From: Gekko japonicus
Taxonomy: Eukaryota
NCBI RefSeq assembly: GCF_001447785.1
Contig: NW_015167536.1
Location: 496,001 to 560,000, forward strand
Direction: 5' to 3'
Length of the DNA: 64,000 nucleotides
The notes under the pieces are model-generated. The model searched no databases. It worked only from the letters and a program-made list of their open reading frames with translations, and was not told where the DNA came from. Made by a program: the position numbers and the translations under genes. This document shows positions 13,701 through 23,762 of this stretch, one piece after another; position 1 is the stretch's first letter, and the number at the start of each line of letters is the position of its first letter.

Positions 13701-15999
13701 AGGCCATTAGCTAGTCCGCTGTCTGCCAACTGAATATTTTCACTTCTGCTCCCNNNNNNNNNNNNNNNNNNNNNNNNNNNNNNNNNNNNNNNNNNNNNNN
13801 NNNNNNNNNNNNNNNNNNNNNNNNNNNNNNNNNNNNNNNNNNNNNNNNNNNNNNNNNNNNNNNNNNNNNNNNNNNNNNNNNNNNNNNNNNNNNNNNGCTC
13901 TCAAGTTTCTGATCCTACAGGAGTCTAAACGTTTCAAAAAATTAATTAGATCAGAAGAGGCAAAGCCAGTTTTCAGAGCGAACTGTACAGCGGTGCCGTC
14001 CCCCGACCAAGCCTACACTTCAGTGCTAAGAGCACGATCCTAACCCTCTTTACTGAAAAGCAAGTCCGCGTGCATTCAAGCAAAGGTGCGCAGAAGGGCC
14101 ACCGGCTGACATGTCTTATTATTATGTAGCTAACACAGCACGCAGGTGACATCTGAAGGGGAATACGAAAAAAATTAACCGTGGAGGTAAGACTGGGAAG
14201 AAGAGAATTGTTGGGGCACTTTGTTTTGATTTTTTTTGCGGGGGGAATCGTCTTCCTGCCCTGCTTGCTGTCCCGCAGGGCAAAGGAATGGGGAAATGTC
14301 CCCTGTTTTCTGTCCCACACACCGGTCTCAAATAAACGCAATTATAACTTGGAATTTCAAAACGAGAAGAGACAAAGCTGAAAAGTCACATCTGGCATTC
14401 GTCGGAAAGAACACACACATGCACACCCCGTAGAGATTAAGTGGCTTTAGAAACTGTCATATTGGGAGATCGGCTCACTTCTCTAATGGACTAGGATCCA
14501 GATAGCTGTTGTTGTTTCCCTGGCCCTTCCCCGCAACAATCTCATTACCCACACAGAAACATTCAGTCACAGGCGCTACGCAGACATCAGGGAAATAGAC
14601 TCCGCCGTCTTCGAGGCTCCTCCACCGCGTAGAGCTGAGGGAGGCCCGGTGATCCACTCTCTGAGATCTCGTTCCCGTGATGTCTGCAAGGCGGGGTTGG
14701 ATGTTTTATTTATGTATCTGTAATGACATTCCTGGGAAAGGAAATCCGAAGGATTTCCATGCAAATAGCTCTCAAGGAAGTGATCGCGGGCTCCCCCTCC
14801 CCTTTGTTTACTTATTTATTTCTGGGAATTGTTTTCTCTCTCCTCCCTTTCTCTCTTTCTCGGATCGCAGTCACAATGGGGACAGCTAAAAGGGGGGAAG
14901 AAGTGGCTTGCATTTTGAAAGTGGGAGGGGGGCGGGCGACCAGGGCCGGATTGCCACTGTTTCGCTTTTCAGCAACAGATTTTTAAAAATTGCCTGATCA
15001 GTCCAAATCTGCCTCACACCAAACCCCCCCCCCCCCCCCCCCAGAGTCCTATTGCTGCTTTGAGAATCTCGGGGAGAGGGGGTTGCGACCGCGCCGAGAA
15101 CGGCTTCGCCACTAGAAAGAAGGGGGGCGCTCTCTTGGGCAAAAGGACGTCCTCCAAATTCTGTCTCTATCTCCCCCCCCCCCAAGCCCAGCCTTTTTAC
15201 CCCAGTCGCGATATTACCTTGTTGGCTCTGTGTCCAAACGGCCACCCACCTTCCCAGGCGCTCATCCCCCCCGACCTATTGGCAGAGCTCACAACGAAAG
15301 GACACGAGCGATCGGGCCATCTTGTCTTCGGATCGTTAGCGCGTTGTGACGACCGACGTCTGTACGCGCGTGTGCGTGTGTATGAGGACGGTACGTGCAC
15401 ACCCAGTCCGTACACACGCATATACACACACACCACGAGGCATAAAGACTCCCAAGTATCTCCCGCTTCCTTGCCTCCCCCTCCACCCCCCTCTATTTCT
15501 TTTTCTTATTAATTTCTGCCTCTCCCCCCCCTCTTCCCACCTTCCTTTTCTTGAGGAGTACCCGACTCCTTTCAGACGGGGAAATCTAAAGCCGCCCTCC
15601 CCAAACCCATCCCCCCCGTCCTTACCGAGAGAACTTCATTGTTTTCTGGAGGAAACGGTAATGCGGAGACATTAAACGCCTAATTGGACTTTTCTTTATG
15701 ATGTTTAATTTCCTCCGCGGCAGACGTGCTCGCGTCTCGTTGCAAGAGGGCTCGTTTGAAGTCTGCAGTCCAAAAAAGTGGAGGGGGGGGGGAGAGGGGA
15801 AAAAAAAGTTTCCAAGCAGCAGTCGTCGGGAGGAGAGCTGGTCTGGTTCCCACACAGTTGCCCCCACCCCACCCTTTCCACCCCCTTTTCCTCTTTATCT
15901 CGGTCTCTGCCTCGAGATACCCCCCCTCCCAGTCTCCCCCAATAAGCGCGGTGCGGGGGTAGGGCCGGGCAAGCGACAAAACCGCCAAGACGCCGGCTA

Positions 16000-16094
16000 T
16001 GTTTACGGTGCCTCCGAACCAGCCGATGGTCATTTCGCCCCGTTGCGACAGACCCTGGAAAATGGAGGACCGCCGAATACCATATAAGGTAGGA
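16000..16094 (+). ncRNA. Putative HOTAIR-homologous exon segment with splice donor
   Basis: AAATGGAGGACCGCCGAATACCATATAAG|GTAGGA resembles an internal human HOTAIR exon end as I recall it (AAATGGAGGACCGGCGCCTTCCTTATAAG). Syntenic position, antisense to HoxC. Transcription not shown. Confidence 0.5.
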
Positions 16095-17035
16095 TGCTAA
16101 CTTGACCTTCACTTTGTAATGGCGGCCCCCGCCCACCCAGACAGACAGTTGTAAACAGAAGTCACCCGACACACACACACACACACAAAGAGAGAGAGAG
16201 AGATTAGCACCGGCCAGGCAAGGTCTCACTGAATTGCTAAGATCTGTGGCTGATTTTTTTAAAAGCTGCCAGCAAACGAGGTACAATATTCTCTCGACTC
16301 CAGCAAGGGAGGGGGGGAGGGGGTGGCTCCAGCAAGGGGAGGGGGGAGGGAGAAGAAAGAGAGTGGGGGGGATTCATCGCTGGAAAGGTTCGTGTGCCCA
16401 CCCCCCCCATCTTTAGCTATTGAGAAGGTTGCAGGGTTTGTTGGAGGGAGCTGTTGTTGCTGTTGAATGTGGCCTTGAGAAGGGTGGGGGTGGCTGGTGG
16501 GGGGCGGCTGGCTGTGAAGAGCGCTTCCTTCCATGCAATTATCTGTCCGCATTCGAACATCTGGCTCTTCTCTGCCGTTTGATGACGACCGCGGTGCCGG
16601 TTTCCCCCGTAGTCTAAACTCCCTTTAAAAAATTTAAAATAAATAACGGTGATTTCTTGGCCGTGACTGTGATCACCCCTAGAAAGTTTTTTTTCAGTGA
16701 AATCAAGCGACCATCGAAAATATTCGAAGAAACGTAGGTCGTGTTTTATTTAATGGGAAGCGAAGGGATGTCCTCAGTCACTCGCCATGTGTGCGGCGGG
16801 CCAATTAAGAAACAAGTTTTTTTGTTTGTTTTTTTAAAAGAATGTTTTACAAGATAAGCCACGGCATGTGTTTCCCATTTTGCAGAGTTTATTTTGGAAC
16901 TGATTATGTTCGGGCCTGTCTTAGATAAGGAAGCGCTGAAGGGAGACTTAATTGTTAAGGTGGGGAGTCCAAACCTTGTATTTTTGTGCGCGCGCGCGGG
17001 AGTGAGGGGGGCACAAAGGNNNNNNNNNNNNNNNN

Positions 17036-17050
17036 AGGGAGAGAGAGAGG

Positions 17051-17105
<55 letters not shown>
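17036..17105. repeat. (GA)n microsatellite next to an assembly gap
   Basis: Direct reading. Confidence 0.9.
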
Positions 17106-17111
<6 letters not shown>

Positions 17112-19440
17112 TATCCTTCAGCAATCTACCATGTATTTCCCCCCTGCTGAATAAATGTGCAACATAGAGAGGTTTGGGGTAAGGGGGTGTAGGGGGCCTT
17201 TGTCGAGGGGATCCAAATGTACGCGTGAATGAGGCCCAACTACTCGCTTGTAAGGCGTTTCGCTCCCCTGAGACCAAATATGCAGAGAAATCTGAACTCA
17301 GAACTTTAATCTCCCGGGGATCAACGTCACTTACTTCCCGGTATCCAGGCGTCGGCGGGGGTTGTTGGGAGCTCTGAGTTCTTGCATCTAGTTCAGAGAG
17401 TCCAGCAGCTTTAAAAACAACACCTCCCAGATATCAGGAACGGGGTTTGGCCCATATAATTTAAATAGATGCATAACTATGAAAAGGCACAATGTAGTCG
17501 AAGAGAGTAATTTTTTAAAAAGTCCAATTAATTTCAGCGGGGGGGGGGGGAATCAAGGAGTTGCGTAACTCTCCCCTTGGCACGAAGGGAGCTTAAAAAT
17601 AAGTCGTGACTTCGGTGGTTCAGAAACATGAAGGTGGGGAGGACTTATGGATATCGTTGGAACTCTTATTATTTATGTGCTTTCTTGGGGGAGGGGATGT
17701 GTAGTCATTTGTGCACGTCTGTTTCTGAGCTGTGTGTTCGTGGATGGATAGACATTCAGATAGAAACCCATAAAGGTACTTCAATACAGACAAGAAAACG
17801 CAAGGAGAGCTCTGCTAGAGGAGACCAAACCTCAATCCGGAGAAACAGAGATGTGTGCAGACAGACACCCACGTTCATGTGAACAGAGTAAGCATATTTA
17901 GATCTTGTTTAGATCTTGCTTGGTCAACACGGACATCTCTTCCCACGTCTTGGCAGGCCGGGAGCGACTTTCATGTCAAAGCGGGCCGTTCCCTCTGATT
18001 TCAATGGAAGCTGTTGAGTGAGGCGTATGTCAGAAATGCGCTTTATTGGGCGGCCAGCTATTAGGATTAGTGGGTCAGGGTTGGAAACTGGCTTCCAGCC
18101 GAGTAGCCTGTGTGTTACCACGGCTCATAGGTTACATGCAAGAAAACAAATTTGCTCTACCTTCGGGTTGTAGATAACAGACGTGTTAAAGTTTCCGAGG
18201 GCAGCCGGGTTGGCCTGCGGATAGCACAGTTAGATGCGAGTCCAATCGCACCTTCCAGAGAGTCAAAGATCCCTTCCTCAGATACCGGAAATTCATATGA
18301 AATTAAGGTCTATTTCCACTTTGAACGGGACTTCCGCCTTGCCGAATCTTAAAGGTCCTTTTGCCGGCAAGCGGGGCTTTGTTGATTTTTGCAAGCTATT
18401 AAGATAGTTAGATGCCATGCCCTTCCACTGAACTGGAGGCTAAACGGCACCCCTTTGCACATTAGTAAGATCCTGTCGTTCTCTCCCCAGCCTCTTTTAT
18501 GTAATGATACTAGGAATGCTGATAATAATTGCATTAAAACCCCTCTCATACCCTCATAATAGATTAACTGTTCTTCATCACAATGAAATGAATTTGCACA
18601 TGCCCTGTAATTATCGTATAATCTCCATTAAACATGTGTTTTGGAGAAGGTAAGATCCTGGAAGCAACGGAACGATTCCCCCCACCCACCCCCCGCTGTT
18701 GCGGGAGATGAATGTTGGCGAGGATTCTGAAAAGATTCCCAGGTGTGGTCTAGGCTTGTTTTGTAACAATAACAGAGAAAGTCTTCTCTTCACCATGGCG
18801 GGCGGGGGTGGGTGGGTGGAAGGCTGGTATATATATCAGAGTATTATTACCACAACCACCACCACTACTACCGCAAACAACGAGCCTACGGGGGGGGCAG
18901 TAGTTTCATTTTGGGCCTAGGAGAAGAATAGTTTTTTGACTTTTGACCTTGCCATAAAAGGAGAGATGTTTCCGAAGCCATCCTTTAATTATAGAATGGG
19001 ACTCTTAATAGTGGGATGGCTCTTTGGCTTCTAAGGACAGGACACGATCCTCCAACCCCAGCTCAGCGTTGCCTCTCGCGCTTCTGCGAGCAAACATGGA
19101 TACAATGGGCAGCAAATACCACTGATTTGGGGGTGAGAGAGATGTAAACACCTGTTTGTGACTAAACCCCTATGCACACTTAATCGTTTGTGGGGGGTTT
19201 TTTTTAAATAAAGGAGAACTGTAATCTCATGACTAAACTCACCTAGGAAATCTATGGAACTCCAAAGTAGCTGGATCGAGCTCAGGGTCCACACGTGTGC
19301 TTCCAATGTGAGATGCGCCTATGCGTTTATAAACAACTTTAGTAGGAGAGCAGTGCTTTTTAAAAATTGGGGGGAAATTATTAATGAGTTCAGCCAGTTA
19401 AGATAATCGCTCAGCAACGAGGCCTGGCCCAGAGGAACAT

Positions 19441-19814
19441 CCTCGTTCTCGCCGCCCCTTGAAGAAACACAAATGGACTGATCTTTTCTTTAATCTTTCA
19501 GATCCTTTCCATCTTTGTTATCACTCTTGTTAACAACACCGGCGAGGCTCGATACATATATTTCATTTAAATGCAGTCAGCCACGGAGCCACGGTAGTCG
19601 GTTGCTACAGAGATATTAATTAATTTATTCCCCCCCCCCCCAGTAAAATATTGCTGTGTCTTCTTGCTACCTACCAAGGCATATAAAAATCAGATTTTTG
19701 TTGCCACTTCTGCAGTTCATTAGGCTTTGCATATCAGTTTCCATTTGAAATGATTTGCTTTAAAACTAATTACTCATATTCTAGTTCAGTCCCCCTCCAA
19801 TCCTTGGGCGTGAG
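19441..19814 (+). ncRNA. Putative HOTAIR terminal-exon-homologous conserved block
   Basis: Collinear motifs CCATCTTT, CTTGTTAACAA, TAATTAATT.ATTCC, GTAAAATAT, ACTCATA and TTGGGCGTGAG, recalled from the human HOTAIR last exon. Includes a candidate acceptor ...ttttctttaatctttcag| ending at 19501. Confidence 0.5.
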
Positions 19815-21646
19815 ATGGATTCAAAGGTGGCGGGGGTAGCATATGTTGGTAAACATTACTCATTATTCCCACTCTGTCTTGATTGTGCATTTATGAACCG
19901 ACCCTTATAAAAAGGCGGCGGAGGGGGGATGGTGGAGAGAAAATACTCTGTAAAAAGGGGGGGTGCGCTGGCATTATTGATGGGGATGGCGCATGTTGCT
20001 TGAAAAAGCGTAAGATCGCCAGGGACAGTGGGAGATGCTCGTGTATTAATGGGGAAGGGGTGTCTTTATAGTTACTTTCTCGGGGATTCCCACGTTGAGA
20101 ATTCAAGAATGGATTCCGCTTGTTGCCTCTTTCCTAACGAGGTAGCAAAAGTCGGGCCCCAAACCGTGCCTTGTCCCCCACCCAACGGGGCTCAAGGTTC
20201 ATCCGCAAGGACTGTTTTCGGCCCAAGTATTAAGGAGCTTTTAAAGATCTCCCGATGGCCTACGCCTAAACAGGCCGACTCGGCTCCGGCTGATGGGAAC
20301 CCTCATGTCCCAAACCCTCATGCCCTGCTTGGGATGGAGGGGCAAGAAGGGAATTGGCCGGATATGGGAGAGGATGGCCGCAGGGCAAGTTTCCCGGGAG
20401 GAGGCAACACGCGCGCCACGCCTGAGCTCTCCCGTGTCCAGGATTTTTTTGGGATGGTCTTAAGGAAAGGTAGGCCTTGTCTCCCAAAAATCTAACTGAA
20501 CGGTTAGCGTTATTGTTACTGAGAGCAAAAGAGTAAACCCTTTTAGGTCCTCTTGATCTTGAGAAGAGTATTCAGTGCAATAATAAACATCTTTCTCCTT
20601 CTACGGTGAATTAGATTTATAACGGCTTAATCTATCCTGCCGCCAGATTTTTTAAATCGATTATTGTTCTTACAGCATGATCCGGCCGAAGTTGAGGGCT
20701 TTTCCGTTCCATGGATTGCAGCTGGCGAGTTTTGAACCCCGGTTTAACTCTTCTTTTGGAATCCAGAGGACTTCAATGAGCTTAATTTGGGGAGCAGGAT
20801 TGTGCCCATTACTATACTGAGACTCTTTTGGGACTGTATATTATTATTATAACTACTACTACAGCTACTAATAGTAGTAGTAATAATAATAATGTTGGAC
20901 ACTTTGTCCAGGAAAATAGGTGCGATTTGTATACAAGAAACCGCGCTTAGTCACAAATGCCCGACCGAGTGACCCTTTCTTAATGGAATTTCATTTGGAT
21001 TGCTTTTCGTGCAGCAATTTATTTTCTCTTATTTTATTTCTGGTTTTCTCCACAGCCTTCCGGGAGTCTCCCAAATACCAATGGAAGAGCATGGGGATGC
21101 CTTCATGGGGGGAGAATTGGGTTGGGGGGGTTGGAGCGGGCTCCAGACGCAGAGAGGATGAAGGCCAAGGCGACCCGAGAGACAGACAGACAGACAGCGA
21201 GGGCGCAGAGCCTCCGTGAAGTCCAAGACCAAGGCTCGCCGACCCCCAAGCGAGAGACCATTTGTCACAAAGGAAGACGTCCCGTCTAGCCGGGAAGGAC
21301 GAGGCACAATATTTCAATTGTTTTATCTGCTTCCAAATAGCGCTGGTTATGAATTCGCAGGGAGGAGCTGTGTGGAATTTATTTCAGGGGCTAAATTTAC
21401 CGAAACGTAAAATGGATATAGGGATGGAGGGATCCAGCGGAGGCAGACGGGAAGAGATGGACAGAGACGCATAACAAATATAGATAAGTCGCTCTTGTGT
21501 ACATTCAGTATTTGCTTAGATACGTGAAAAGGCGTTTAAAAATTCATATCTATATTTATAGATACATACATACATATTCACACACACACATATATATACG
21601 CATGTGTGTATATCCAAATCTATATCTATAAATCTGTGTCTGTCGG

Positions 21647-21684
<38 letters not shown>

Positions 21685-21855
21685 GCTATTGCCAATGTTT
21701 CCTTCTCCTTGCTGTTTCAGAGAACGCCACGATCCTACTTGAGAGTAAGTGCCACTGGAATCCATGTAAATCTGCTGACTGCAATAAAAGGAGAGAAAAA
21801 TCCTTCCTTCCTTCCTTCCTTCCTTCCTTCCTTCCTTCCTTCCTTCCTTCCTTCC
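21647..21855. repeat. (TCTA)n (21647-21684) and (TTCC)n (21801-21855) microsatellites
   Basis: Direct reading. Confidence 0.9.
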
Positions 21856-23025
21856 TTTCTTGGTGAAATTAAGGACTTTGTAATGAATGAACGGTATTAT
21901 TGCCTGATATTGTTACAGCAAATAAGATCATTTAAATAAGAAATCCAATCAGGACGGGAATAATACAATACAATTGAAGATTTCTGAGGAAAAGCTAGGT
22001 AATATTTAAGGTTCATTGAGAGATTTGGCAAAGAGTAGGTCATACTGTGCTTGAGATGGGGCTTGTACACCTGACCGGCAGGAGGGGAGCCCCCCAAATC
22101 ACTCTTTCGGGGGTTTCAAAGGAGAGGCAGGGATCACTTCAGCTTCCGTGATGTACAGTCGCTCTCGCAACATCCTTCTGCCCTGAACAATGGGCATTAA
22201 ATACACTTGTTCAACTTCGAGGACTGAGTTCCATTTTTTTTTTTTGCTTCCCTCCCTTAGCAAACGCATAAAACATCCCCCCCCCTCGTCCTCCTTGCGG
22301 TCTGTGCTAAAAAACGCGAAGATATGAATGATCTTCGGCCCGAATGAAGAAGGGGTTTTCAGAGATGCATATTTCCCGTTATTTTTGCCGTAATTTGCAC
22401 CGCTGAAATACAGCTTAACAGGGTGGTCTTCCCCTCCCCGCTGAAGGCGGAACTATTCTTTGCAGTTGGAGAGACTGGGGGTGAGGGGCGGAGAGAGCTA
22501 CTCCCCGCTTCTTAATGAATTCATTTTAAAAGCCCTGGCTATGAAATACACCCCTATATAAAAAAAGAAGAGGCAAACCAAGGCACAGTGCGCACTTTTA
22601 CAGCGAGCGACAATTTGTTCGAGCCACTCACTGGTAATAAATAAGTTTTATCTGTTTGGGCGAGTGCTCGAGCCTCCTTGGAAGCGCGCATTCCCTCTTC
22701 AAGGTGAACCGATCCACAATTTTCTACACAATTTATGCCGCTATATACAATTCAGACCTGTTGGCCACCCTCCAGAGTCCTTCTCATGTCTATGAACCCT
22801 TTCGCGCTGCTCACGTTATAACCAACTCCCCGTGAGCACCTCCGCGGGAACGGAATTCTGTGTTTGGACGGCTACCTCTTCTAAAGGAAAAGAACGCCCC
22901 CTTTCCCCCCCCCCCCCCCCCCGGGCAGTTTCCTGTCCCCTGGTGAAGTCAAGGGCTAGTCTCCAGTTGATCTTAAGGGTTGTGGATGACCCCTCTGGCG
23001 AGCCCCGGAGCTCAACATGTAGAGA

Positions 23026-23233
23026 TCCAGAGGAGATAGCCGTGTTAGTCTGTTGCTGCAAAATAGTAAAAAGCCCAGTAGAACCTTTAAGACTAACTAT
23101 TGTAGCATAAGCTTTCGAGAAACACAGCTCTCTTCATCAGATGTACATGACAAAGAGAGCTGTGATTCTCGAAAGCTTATGCTACAATAAAGTTTGTTAG
23201 TCTTAAAGATGCTACTGGGCTTTTTACTATTTG
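23026..23233. mobile_element. Penelope-like element remnant, inverted (palindromic) terminal-repeat structure with 11-bp target-site duplication
   Basis: Arms 23061-23134 and ~23153-23232 are near-perfect reverse complements. Flanked by ACATGTAGAGA at 23015-23025 and 23234-23244. The sequence (tagccgtgttagtctg...gcataagctttcgag...cttcatcagatg) is typical of reptile Penelope termini. Confidence 0.75.
23102..23146 (-). ncRNA. Minimal type-I hammerhead ribozyme motif (Penelope-associated)
   Basis: Minus strand GUACAU-CUGAUGA-aGAGAgcuguguuUCUC-GAAA-GCUU-AUGCUAC: catalytic core, stem II, palindromic AAGCUU in place of stem III, stem I CAU/AUG extended by GUA/UAC. Confidence 0.6.
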
Positions 23234-23580
23234 ACATGTAGAGAGGGATTCTTCAGCCCTGGCTAGATTCGCAAGGAAGAGAACACAGCTGATGTACAGC
23301 TGGGTTGGCAGCGTGTCTGCTTGGAAATCTCACAAAGTGGAGTGAAACCAGTTCTAAGGAAGTGTATTCAGCTGCCCACCATAATAATTAACTTCAAAGC
23401 ACTTCAGGGACATTGTCTTAGTAATCCGTACAACAGCCCTGTACAGTAGGCCTCTACATATGGGGGTGGGCTGATATTGAGTGGCTTGACTAAGACCATT
23501 GAGAAACTTGCATGGCAGAGGCAGGGGACAGAACTCTCAGTCCAACTTGCTTTTGGAATAAGCGCCTTTGCCCGGATCCT

Positions 23581-23762
23581 AAACATAAGAGAAGCTAATG
23601 TTGGGCCAGGCCAATGGCCCATCCAGTCCAACATTCTGTCACACAGTGGCCAAAAATACCAGGTGCCATCAGGAGGTCCAGCAGTGGGGCCAGAACACTA
23701 GAAGCCCTCCCACTGTTGCCCCCTCCCCAAGCACCAAGAATACAGTGCATCACTTGCCCCAG
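23581..23762 (-). mobile_element. CR1-type LINE 3'-end fragment
   Basis: aacataagagaagc...ggccaatggcccatccagtccaacattctgtcacacagtggcc is the reverse complement of a squamate CR1-like 3' terminus (..cttatgtt tail). Recognised from memory. Confidence 0.6.
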
